Assembly: GCF_020745735.1 (NCBI RefSeq)
Contig: NW_026867491.1
Location: 186,001-250,000 of the forward strand
DNA length: 64,000 nt
Direction: 5' to 3'
Origin: Hemiscyllium ocellatum
Taxonomy: Eukaryota
Of the stretch, positions 48,162 through 58,545 are shown one piece after another. Positions within the stretch are counted from its first letter, which is position 1; every line of letters begins with the position of its first letter. The notes beneath the pieces are model-generated. The model searched no databases. It had not been told where the DNA came from and saw nothing but the letters and a program-made list of their open reading frames with translations. Position numbers and translations under genes: made by a program.

Positions 48162-50480
48162 ACTCTCTTGGGACTCTTTTGCTACATACTGTATTATTAT
48201 TTGCCTTCCTTTTAGTGGGGAAATTGACTGGTAACTGTGATAAATGCCGCTCTAGGGTTCGGGTGTGGGACACTGAGTTAGACTTACGCGGATCTTTTGT
48301 ATCCCACTCCTCTTATGCAAATAATACTCGCTGTTATGACATATACTCACGCCAAAAGTGCTGGGAAAAAGGAAAACTATACTATCAAGTAAAAAACAGG
48401 GGATATCTCGGTCTGTCTAGGGTTAGGGCCTATCATTGCCCCTTTATGAATTACGAATGGTTGTGTATGTCAGCAGACAGTTTACAGGGACATGCTGCAT
48501 TACCGGAAACAGACAAAAATAGAACTAAAAGGGAATGTGCCAAATGCGGCGCTATAATTCAACTGGGAGATCCTAACTTCTTCTCCCTTTGCCATGATGA
48601 GGAATCACGGGAGGAATGTTGGGAGGATGGGAAATTGTATTATCAAATGTTAAATAAGGGATATATTGGATGGCCTGAGGGGAGGGTCCATGAATGTATT
48701 TGGGAAGAACACGAATGGGTCTGCATTAAAAAAAAGACAGTTGGGATAAGGCTAACAGGCCGTGCGACAAATGCTGCCAAACTGTGAAATGGGGAGACCA
48801 TGTCTTTCCGGGGTCTTTTGTGTTTCACACTAAAATAAGTGATGCCTGTTACAACCGGGAGAAAATGATACCATGTTGGGAGGATGGGGAACATTACTAC
48901 CAGGTATTCAGCCTGGGATATTACACGAGTGGAAATATAGACTGTCCACTTATGGAATAATGGCTCTGTATCAGTTTTACTGGCTCGGCAGCGGACCACT
49001 TTGACCGGGTTAAGGAAATATATCCCGGGTTAGAGAAATCTATTCCAAATTACGATGCCAGAATAGCCGCCTCAGCCAAGGTTTCCTCCCTCTATGAGGA
49101 CATTGAGAAACGGCTTACTCTTCCTGATGTTGTGAAAAATCTCTTTATTGACTTCGTCTCAAATTGCCAAAATTTTAAATGTGACGAGCTGTTGGGTTTG
49201 TGGGGGTCTGCATATGACCGAGCAATGGCCGTGGACAGGGGAGAGTTTGGATGTTCAGGAAATCCTTGAATACAATTGGACTTACTCCAAAAACAGAATT
49301 TATCAAGTCTGGAAATTGCAGAATACCCCGATGGGCCACTTCTGCATTGGGAAAAAAGGGTCCCGCCCAGTTGGTGACAGCCCCTGTCAGCGGGTCTTGA
49401 ATCTCACCACGGACACTTGGTGGCCCCGACCCTTGGGTTGGTTTCTCACCAAACAACCCCTTGGGTTGTCTATCACCCAACAAGGGGATCTTAACTGTAG
49501 GCGGTTGCATCCCACCTCTGATTCCTGGAATTGCAGTGGTTCTGGCCCTTATGCGGGAATGCCGGGAATTAGAGAGGCATGGGACGGTGTTGCCAGGGAC
49601 AGCGGAGGGGGTCCGGCTCCTGATGGTTTATTTTGGATTTGTAGGGATCTGGCGTATTCCAGGTTGCCCGAGAAATGGGGTGGCTTATGCTTCCTCGGTA
49701 TAGTCAGACCGGAGTTCTTTCCCCTCTCACGTGATCAAGGGGCTGACCTGGGGGTTAAGTTGTTCGACTCCCTGCAACGGAGGTCCGGAAAGCTAGCACG
49801 GAAGCGTAGGAGTGCTAGTCAGTGGAATGTCCACCAGTACGGAGACATCCACTTGGCCAAGTGGGGCGCAGATTGGCCACCGTCCCGTATCATTGAGTAT
49901 TATGGGCCGGCAAGTTGGGCTCAGGATGGCTCTTGGGGTTACAGAACTCCAATTTATATGCTTAATCGCATCATTCGCTTGCAGGCGGTGATGGAAATAA
50001 TCACCAACAAAACCGCCTTCGCATTGGAATTACTGGCTAGACAGCAGTCTCAAATGAGGGCTGCAATATATCAGAATCGTCTTGCTTTAGACTACCTGCT
50101 TGCCTCTGAAGGGGGTGTCTGCGGGAAGTTTAACACGACAAATTGTTGTCTGGAGATAGACGATAACTACGAGGCTGTCCTAAAAAAAAATCACCCGGGA
50201 CATCCGTAAAATAGCCCATGTACCTGTCCAGACGTGGCGACCTATAGGGGACGCTAGTTGGTGGAACACGCTTTTTGGGGGTGGCTGGTGGCGCATGGCA
50301 TTAATAATGATGGTGGGTGTCGGGGCCCTGTTCCTCGTTATTCCCTGTCTGGTCCCCTGTGCTAGAGTGTTGATCCAACGCCACATCGCCCAGATGCAAG
50401 CCATTGCCATACCCCAACATGGTACTCATGAACTTAAAGTTCTGCTGTTGAAAAGACAGAAGGACTTCCTTGAGCCGTAA
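48158..50480 (+). pseudogene. env: ERV3-like env with ~5 frameshifts and one stop; open sub-ORFs 48158-48787 and 49148-50209
   Basis: Signal peptide, CWVC, RKRR furin site, YYGPASWAQDGSWGYRTPIYMLNRIIRLQAV, ISD YQNRLALDYLLA and CX6CC. The TM helix lies after a frameshift in the A9 run at 50182-50190. Confidence 0.9.
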
Positions 50481-50531
50481 TTCAGCCGATTCTGTTACGC
50501 ATGCACATCTTAAAAAGAAAAAGGGTGGAAT

Positions 50532-51167
50532 TGTGAGAGTGAGATCTGGCTTAATAAGAATTATTAAGATGTGCATGGCATTATAATCTTTAAACGTGAG
50601 CATTATCATATTGAATAAGCTAAACTTTTTGCTGCTTTAAAACCCAGATTTCTGATGCTATTAAGCTCTCTTTGTATAACCATTTCTGTACTTAAAATAT
50701 TGTCAGCATTGAACCCTCAGAATGGGGAAGTGTTAACAGTTAATAAGAAACAAGCTACTTGGTGCAAGGGTCGGCTTTGTGTTAACAGAATGGAGAAACA
50801 AATCCAGACATCTGCTGATGTATTGTGAAACCACAGGACAAGAATAAAATGTGAGATGTCTGTTGACCTGCTTTGAACCTGCTGCAGAACCACAGAGCAG
50901 AAGAACGACCCTGTGTTTTTCTATGTGGTCAGGATTTGAGACAATGAGAGCATAACGGAAAATTACTGCTAGTTTAGAATGTGAACCCCGTGACTCTTTG
51001 GAGTCAAAGAGGGGAGGGACTTGTGCTGTATATAATGAGAGACCTTGTAATGCTCAGTACGCCTTTCTTTGGGAAGGCGTCCAATTCTGCAGAATTTGTT
51101 AATAAAATCTTTGTTCTCTTGAATTTGTCCAGAGCGATTATTTAGAAGTGAATTTTCATTTCTAACA
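50532..51167 (+). mobile_element. Complete 3' LTR (636 bp)
   Basis: Follows the PPT; TGTGAGA...TCTAACA ends; TATATAA at ~51029; AATAAA at 51101. Confidence 0.9.
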
Positions 51168-51734
51168 AGGTACATAAAGTTAAAAATCTCTCAACACCAG
51201 GTTATCGTCCAACTGGTTTATTTGGAAGCATGGGCTTTGAGTGCAGCTCCTTCATGGGATGTTTGTAGAACAGGATCATAAGACACAACTACCTGATGAA
51301 GGAGCAGCGCTCCAAAAGCTTATGTTTGCAAATGAGCCTGTTGGAGTATCACCTGGTGTGGTGTGAATTTTAACTTCGTACACCCCAGTCCAACACCAAC
51401 ATCTCCAAATCGGGGACATAGTTCTTTGAAAGTTGCATCATTGGTAGACAGGGTGGTGAAGGAGGCGTTTAGCACACTTTCCTTCATTGTTCACACCGTT
51501 CAGTGCAGGAGGTGGGACATCACGTTGAGGTTGTACAGGATATTGGTGAGACCACGTGTAGAGTACTGAGTACATTTCTGGTCGCCCTATCGACGACCAC
51601 AAGTTGTCAGGTAACCTTGTTTCGATTTATAAAGTCATGGGGTGTGTAGGAAAGGTAAATGTCACAGGGGGGAAGAAACGGTGCATCTCCCCTTTTTTTT
51701 TTACTTCTCTTGGCATTTGGACACTTCAATTCTG

Positions 51735-52016
51735 TCAGTAACAGCATCTCCAGAGAGCATACTGCGCACGCTCGCCGTTACGAGGATGAAACTGCGCATG
51801 CTCCTCGCAAAGCATGCGTCACGGCTTTCTTTTGGTGGACCAATCGGAAGCCCTGGAGGACCGGAAGGATACCAGTCCTCCTGCCAATCAGAGCCTTCCT
51901 ATTGTCTGAATCCAGAAGCTGGAACACGAGCTTCGGAAGCTGCTGCTCCTCTCTCTGAATGAAGATTGAGTTTGCTCCAGACTGTAACCTCCTCACTCCG
52001 TCACCCATCTGTGAGT
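51735..52016 (+). promoter_or_regulatory. Type B promoter/first exon with no dedicated ZNF exon; donor GTGAGT at 52011
   Basis: Paralogue of 15790-16106 and 36680-37014. Confidence 0.65.
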
Positions 52017-52838
52017 ACGGCACTCTCTTCTCAACTCCTTTTCCTTTTATTTTCATTCTTGGATTCAATCTTTCACTTCCCTTTCCTTTCGGTTGCTGCA
52101 AATGAATGCACGGCGTGGACCGATTCGGGACAAGGTTTTTATAAACAGAGAGTGGTTCATGTATGGGATGAATGTCCAGAGGAAGTGGTGGATGCACGGA
52201 CAGATGCAACGTTTGACCGACATTTGGAGAAGTACATGAATAGGGAAGGTGCGGGGGGATACGGGCCAAACACTAGCAAGTGGCACTAGTTTAGTTTGAG
52301 AACATACTCAGCGTGGAATAGTTGGGCTGAAGGGTCCGTTTCTGTGCTGTCTGACCGTAACTGTTCTGTTGTGGTCTTAAAACCATTTTCTTGCCTTGTA
52401 CCTGCTTCTAACACACAAATCACTCAAAAAAAAACCCCACCTCAACCACACAACATAAATATCCACACTTTGTTCAAAAATCAGAGGAACTCAGCCTTGA
52501 ATATATTCAATAACCCCCCTAACTGCAGGAAGACATCCCCACTTCTAATCCCAGTTCATTTTGTGATTTATACCACTTGCCTTGCTGATTGCTTGCTGCA
52601 CTTGTCTGACAACTGGCAGTGACTGGTGTAGAAGGACGCTGAGGCCTCTTTGTACATCCACACATCATTCCTGATGAAGGGCTCGGGCCTGAGATGTCAA
52701 TTCTCCTGGTCCTCAGATGCTGCCTGTCTTGCTGTGCTTTTCCAACCCCAAACGTTTCGACTCTGATTCCAGCAGCTGCAGGTCTCACTTTCTCTACATT
52801 GGATGCTGAGGGTTAACCTTATAAATGTTTAAGGGGCA

Positions 52839-53122
52839 TTCCTAGAGGCATGGCACTCTCCCACAGATTCAATCAATAAACACATCGACCTGGACCCAAT
52901 ATACCGGCCACTGCAGCGGACAGCTGGAACTGACAATCGGAAGCGGCAGAGACAAACCACTATAAATGCCGGAGGAAACAACACAGAAGTGCTTCACAGG
53001 AGACTCCCAAGCACTGAGGATGTCACCTAGACAGGGGACGAAACGTCTGCAACACAAATTCCCAGCTCGGCAAACAGAACCACAACAACGAGCAGCCGAG
53101 CTACAAATCTTTTCCCAAACTT
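52839..53122 (+). mobile_element. Penelope-like element 3' end (family 3)
   Basis: Reads FLEAWHSPTDSINKHIDLDPIYRPL..., a PLE GIY-YIG C-terminal motif, to a stop at 53030. Confidence 0.8.
53011..53050 (+). ncRNA. Minimal type I hammerhead ribozyme with an intact core
   Basis: gca-CTGAGGA-T-GTCaCCT agac AGGgGAC-GAAAC-GTC|tgc. Stem I gca/tgc, stem II, palindromic ACGT stem III; predicted cut after 53047. Confidence 0.75.
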
Positions 53123-55037
53123 GGAATACATAACATGGCTACAACACTATGATATAACTAGAAATAATTATAAATCAAATTTATACAGCCGTAAATAAAT
53201 ACATATTGCACAGTAACACTATGATATATCCCTGTCCAGTATGACTTTTACTGTTCAGTTAAACGAAACTTGAAAGGGCTCAGAAAATGTTTACAAAGAT
53301 GTTGCCAGGGTTTGAGCTACAGGGAGTGGCTAAATAAGCTGGGGCTGTTTTCCCTGGAGCATCGGAGGCTGAGGGGTGACCTTATTGAGGTTTATAAAAT
53401 AATGAGGGGCATGGATAGGGTGAATAGACAAGGTCTTTTCCCTGGGGTGGGAGAGTCCCGAACTGGAGGTGAGAGGGGAAAAGACATAAAAAGGACCTAA
53501 GGGGCAACTTTGTCAGTCAGAGGGTAGTGCGTGTATGGAATGAGCTGCCAGAGGAAGTGGTGGAGGCTGGGACAATTGCAACATTTGAAAGGCATCTGGA
53601 TGGGAATATGAATGGGAAGGGTTTGGAGGGACGTGCTGGCACATCGGACTAGATCAATTTTGGCTATGTGCTCGGCATGCACCAGTTGCACATAGGGTCT
53701 CTTTGTGTGCTATACATCTGTATGACTCTCAATGCTGTCCAGGCGAGTCAGTGATGTTATAACAACAACACTGGACCAGCAATCCAGAGGCCCTAGGCAA
53801 ATAATCTGGGCTCATGGGTCCAAATACCAGTAAAAACAAACATTGGGGAATTTAAATTTATTTTTTTAAAATCTGAATTGAAAACTAGTCTCAGTCATTG
53901 AGAGAATGAAACTTTTCTGAAAACCCATTTGATTCAATAACGCTGTTCAGGGAAGGAAACCCGCTAGCATTAACTTGGTGCTGCCTGCATATGATGGCTC
54001 ACGTGCTTGACTTTTAAAATGCCCCCTAAAGTCTGGCAATCCTCTTGTCTGAAGGGCAGTTAGGGACGAAAACATTGTTGGCCTTGCCAAAAAAAAAACT
54101 CCTTCATGGAATGTGGGCTATCTCGAATGTGACTTCACATCTGCGAATGGGTCACATCAGAACATCCAGACAAATAAGCACCAAAATGTCTGGTGCTGCA
54201 AGAGTACAGCAGGTCAGCCAGCATCGGAGGAGCAGGAGGTTTGATGTTTTGGGCATAACCCCTTGATTAGGAATGTGGGGTGGGCCCAAAGGGACAGAGA
54301 TAAATAGGAGGGAGGTGGGACTGGGGGAAGGGAGCTGAGAATGCTATGGGTAGATGAAAGCGAGGGAAGGAGGTGACAGGTCAGAGAGGAGGGTGGAGCA
54401 GATAGATGGGAAGGCAGATGGACAGGTGGGACAGTTCAAAAGAGCAGTCCCAAGTTCGAGGGTTGTGTCTGGGATTGGGCAGCTGGGGGGGGGGTAAATG
54501 AGGAAACTGGTGAAATCAATATTGATCCTGTATGGTTGGAGGGTCCCAATGCAGAGGCATTCTTCCTCCAGGTATCAGGTGGCCTAGGACCCTGCAACCA
54601 CACGGCATCAACATCGATTTCACCAGTTTCCTCACATTCCCTCCCCCCTCCCACCCCAGCTCCAACCCTCCAACTCAGCACCACCCTCTTGAACTGTCCC
54701 ACCTGTCCATCTTCCTTCCCACCAATCTGCTCCACCCTGTAGCCATCACCTCCCCCCCCAACCTGCATCTACCTTACCCCCAGCCCCACTCCCACCTTCC
54801 TATTTATCTCTCAGCACCCTTTCCACACCCCCAAACCCCCACCCCCCCCCCCTCCCCCTCCCCCTCCGCAATTCCTGATGAAGGACACGAGAGAGACACA
54901 GCGATCTCGACCAATGCATCCAGCATATGCACCTTTCCTGAGTTCACCTCCTTTCACTTCACTTCCTACAAACCAACAGTTTAATCCCAAAATGAGAAAA
55001 GAAATGGAATAGGAGGGGTGAGAAGAGAGGGTGCTGT

Positions 55038-55502
55038 ACTCACAGAGGTTGGTGCAGTCTGGGGTAACACTCAATCTTCATTCAGAGAGAGAGAGAGAGA
55101 GCAGCAGGAGCTCATGATCCAACTTCCGCATTCAGACACTGACGGGATGCTCTGATTGGTAGGAGGACCAGCCTTTCTTCCGGTCCTCCAAGGCTCCCCA
55201 TTGGTCATGCCTCCCCGTGTCAAGGTTAAGGGAGGGGCACGTGAGGGTAGTGGAGGAGAGAGGTCGCGTGGGCGTCACAAAGACCAGTGCCGCCGCGTGA
55301 CGCACGGCGCGGTGGACCAATGGGAAAGGCTGGAACGCCGCACGGGCGGGCGGTCCGTCAAATCAACGCGCGGCCTCTGTGACGACAGCGGTTCCTCGAT
55401 TCACGTGACCGGTTGCTCCTGCACATTCGCCATTGCGGGGGGGTCAAGGGGAGCTGATGTTGTGTTGGTCTGGAGGGTCCCTGTGTCCAGGAAGAGGTGA
55501 GT
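55038..55502. promoter_or_regulatory. Bidirectional CpG promoter: minus-strand type B first exon (donor at 55043) and plus-strand ZNF5 first exon (donor GTGAGT at 55497)
   Basis: 55038-55207 is the reverse complement of the type B module. 55210-55500 has CCAAT, CRE-like GTGACGCA and the E-box TCACGTGA (55401). Confidence 0.65.
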
Positions 55503-55686
55503 GTGGCTCAGTCAATGAGCATCAGTCAGACCCTGCTGGAGCATGGGGGGAGGTGGGATATTAGGTACAGCAAGAGTTAAAGAGTGTGTGGGATGGAGAT
55601 TTACAGCTTTTTTAGGTAATAAGTCCCTTTCTGGACAATACTGGGGGATGGGTAATATCAGAGACAGCAGAGTGAGAATTGAAGAA

Positions 55687-55721
<35 letters not shown>

Positions 55722-55789
55722 GGGGGGGTGGAGATTTGCAACACTTCTTAAAGTTAAAAATCACACAACTCTAGGTTATAGGAGAAAGT

Positions 55790-56048
55790 GAGGTCTGCAG
55801 ATGCTGGAGATCAGAGCTGAAAATGTGTTGCTGGAAAAGCTCAGCAGGTCAGGCAGCATCCAAGGAACAGGCGATTCGACGTTTCGGGCATGAGCCCTTC
55901 TTCAGGAATGAGGAAAGTGTCCTCATTCTTTCCTCATTCCTGATGAAGGGCTTTTGCCCGAAACGTCGATTTTTTTTTTCCCTACTCCTCGGATGCTGCC
56001 TGACCTGCTGTGCTTTTCCAGCACCACTCTGATCTCCAGCATCTGCTG
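55790..56048. mobile_element. Inverted pair of Penelope terminal repeats with two intact hammerhead cores, in the ZNF5 intron
   Basis: Plus strand CTGATGA-A-GGGC tttt GCCC-GAAACGTC at 55940-55967. Minus strand attc-CTGAAGA-A-GGGC tcat GCCC-GAAACGTC-gaat at ~55874-55909. Confidence 0.75.
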
Positions 56049-56556
56049 TCTTTTTCGCCTGGAGGTTTTACTAGCTACCTGATGAAGGTGCAGAGCTCTG
56101 AAAGTTCAAACTTCTAAACAAATCTAATGGACTACAACCTGGTGATGTGTGATTTTTTTTTAAACTTTGTACACCCCAGCCCAACACTGGCATCTGTATA
56201 TTGTAACTTGATTGTTTTAGGGAAGTTCTACAGAAACTAGAATGATCTGTTCTGAATTCCTGTCATGTGCAGGCAGCAATGACTTTTGTAATCCCCTTTT
56301 TCACAGGATATGAGAAGAGCAGCTTTGCAGGTAGAGCTCCCCAATGGAGTACCATGTGAAGGTCTGATAGAGCCCCTTGATTCGTGGGACAGGAGAGACG
56401 TCCCTCTTTCAGTCCAGAAGGGGAAAATTCTTTGAACGTTTTTGTCTGCTTCAGTAGGCTCTTAAAGTATCGTCTTCACCTGAACCACAGGGGCACGTGC
56501 CTGAGCCAGTTTGCCCACTGTGGGGAAAGGAAGTCTCAGGAGGCATTCCGCACGCC

Positions 56557-57567
56557 ATGGAGAAACCGTGGAAGTGTGGGGATTGCGGGAAAGGATTCCG
56601 CTCCCCCTCCGTGCTGGAGATCCACTGCCGTGTCCACACTGGGGAGAGGCCGTTCAGCTGCTCCGAGTGCGGGAAGGGCTTCACCCAATCGTCTATCCTG
56701 CTGACCCACCAGCGTTTCCACACCGGGGAGCGGCCCTTCACCTGCCCCGTCTGCGGCAAGTGCTTCACCCAGTCGTCCACCCTGCTGACCCACCAGCGGG
56801 TCCACACCAGGGAGCGGCCCTTCACCTGCTCCATCTGCGGCAAGGGCTTCACCGACTCCTCCCACCTGCTGACCCACCAGCGGGTCCACACCGGGGAGAG
56901 GCCGTTCAGCTGCTCGGTCTGCGGCAAGAGCTTTACCCAGTTGTCCAACCTGCTGCGGCACCAGCGGCTCCACACCGGGGAGCGGCCCTTCACTTGCTGC
57001 GTCTGTGGCAAGGGCTTCACCGACTCCTCCCACCTGCTGACCCACCAGCGGGTCCACACCGGGGAGAGTCCATTCAGCTGCTCGGTCTGCGGCAAGAGCT
57101 TTACCCAGTCGTCCAACCTGCTGCAGCACCAGCAGGTCCACACCGGGGAGTGGCCCTTCACCTGCTCTGTCTGCGGCAAGGGCTTCGCCCGCTCGTCCGA
57201 CCTGCTAACCCACCAGCGGGTCCACACGGGGGAGCGGCCGTTCAGCTGCTCGGTCTGCGGCAAGAGCTTCACCCGCTCGTCCACCCTGCTGCGGCACCAG
57301 CGGCTTCACACCGGGGAGCGTCCCTTCACCTGCTCCGTCTGCGGCAAGAGCTTCTCTCACTCGTCCACCCTGCTGCGGCACCAGCGGCTTCACACCGGGG
57401 AGCGGCCCTTCACCTGCTCCGTCTGCGGCAAGGGCTTCACCCAGTCGTCCCACCTGTTCTCACACCAGCAGGTCCACACCGGGGAGCGGCCCTTCACCTG
57501 CCCCGTCTGCGGGAGGGGCTTCGCTTCCTCTCAGCACCTGCTGCGGCACCAGCGGGGGCACAAGTGA
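56557..57567 (+). CDS. C2H2 zinc-finger protein ZNF5 (12 fingers; more divergent subfamily)
   Basis: Open ORF; gccATGG at 56557; acceptor tttttcacag|G at 56306/56307; CSVCGK-type fingers. Confidence 0.92.
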   Translation: MEKPWKCGDCGKGFRSPSVLEIHCRVHTGERPFSCSECGKGFTQSSILLTHQRFHTGERPFTCPVCGKCFTQSSTLLTHQRVHTRERPFTCSICGKGFTDSSHLLTHQRVHTGERPFSCSVCGKSFTQLSNLLRHQRLHTGERPFTCCVCGKGFTDSSHLLTHQRVHTGESPFSCSVCGKSFTQSSNLLQHQQVHTGEWPFTCSVCGKGFARSSDLLTHQRVHTGERPFSCSVCGKSFTRSSTLLRHQRLHTGERPFTCSVCGKSFSHSSTLLRHQRLHTGERPFTCSVCGKGFTQSSHLFSHQQVHTGERPFTCPVCGRGFASSQHLLRHQRGHK

Positions 57568-57704
57568 CGGGGCCAGCCGCTGTGAGTCACCGCCCAGGGC
57601 TGAACCCTGGGTGGGATGGGGGAGGGTCACTGCAGTTGCTGTGCTCTCATCCCCTTGGCATCCAGTGGTTCTGCGAGCCTGCGACTGCGCATTTCCTCCT
57701 GAAG

Positions 57705-58200
57705 TGGAGATGTACAACACAGAAACAGACCCTTCGCTCCAACTCCTCCATATCCTCAACTAATCAAGTCCCATTTGCCAGCAATTGGCCCTATCCCTCC
57801 AAACCTCTCCTTACACAGATACCCAAGTGGATGCCTTTTAAATGTTGCAATTGTACCAGCCTCCACCACTTCCTCTGGCAGCTCATTCCACACGCGCACA
57901 CACCACCCTCTGTGTGAAAAATGTTGCCCCTTAGGACCCTTTTTAAATCTTTCCCCTCTCACCCTAAACCTATGCCCTCTAGTTCTGGCAAAAGACTTTG
58001 TCTATCCCTATCCATGCCCCTCATGATTTTATAAACCTCTCTTAAAGTCAACCCTCAGCCTCCGACGTTCCAGGGAAGACAACCCCAGCCTGTTCAGCCT
58101 CTCCCTGTAGCTCAAACCCTCCAACCCTGGCAACATCCTTGTCAATCTTTCTGAACCCTTTCAAGTTTTGCAACATCCTTCCGATAGACCAGAAGTGCAC
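57705..58200 (-). mobile_element. CR1 LINE 3' fragment
   Basis: VRVWNELPEEVVEAGTIATFKRH on the minus strand. Confidence 0.85.
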
Positions 58201-58240
58201 ATAATACAGAGGAACTTCGATTATCCAGAATTAGATGAAC

Positions 58241-58545
58241 CAGCACGGTGGCTCAGTGGTTAGCGCTGCTACCTCACAGTACCAGGGACCCGGGTTTCAT
58301 TCCTGCCTCAGGCGACAGACTGTGTGGAGTTTGCACATTCTCCCCGCGTCTGCGTGGGTTTCCTCCTAGTGCTCCGGTTCCGTCCCACAGTCCAAAGATG
58401 TGCAGGTCAGGGTGAATTGGCCATGCTAAATTGCCCGTCGTGTTAGGTACATTAGTCAGAGGGAAATGGGTCTGGGTGGGTTACTCTTCGGAGGGTCAGT
58501 GTGGACTGGTTGGGCCTGTTTCCACACTGTAAGGGATCTAATCGT
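58241..58545 (+). mobile_element. HE1-type SINE, near full length
   Basis: cagcacggtggctcagtggttagc A box, B-box-like sequence, conserved core, and 3' tail gggcctgtttccacactgtaagggatctaatc. Confidence 0.9.

Larger units (their letters stand above)
44930..51167 (+). mobile_element. Young non-autonomous class I ERV provirus (HERV-I-like gag, ERV3-like env, most of pol deleted)
   Basis: TSD AGGTA at 44925-44929 and 51168-51172. Truncated 5' LTR 44930-45073, PBS, gag, integrase tail, env, PPT 50512-50530, 3' LTR 50532-51167 (TG...CA). It interrupts a CR1 fragment that resumes after it. Confidence 0.93.

Noticed and set aside
49148-50209. Intact syncytin-like env gene
   Set aside because: This 353-aa ORF lacks the signal peptide and TM anchor, and the full env has several frameshifts plus an in-frame stop.
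56511-57917. 468-aa alternative-frame ORF and antisense ORFs over the ZNF exons (also 31745-32701, 56451-57284)
   Set aside because: Shadow frames of GC-rich 84-nt finger repeats; low-complexity products that run into CR1 sequence.
58241-58310. tRNA gene (also ~34330 and ~35370)
   Set aside because: The A/B boxes are SINE heads continuing into the HE1 core; no complete cloverleaf.
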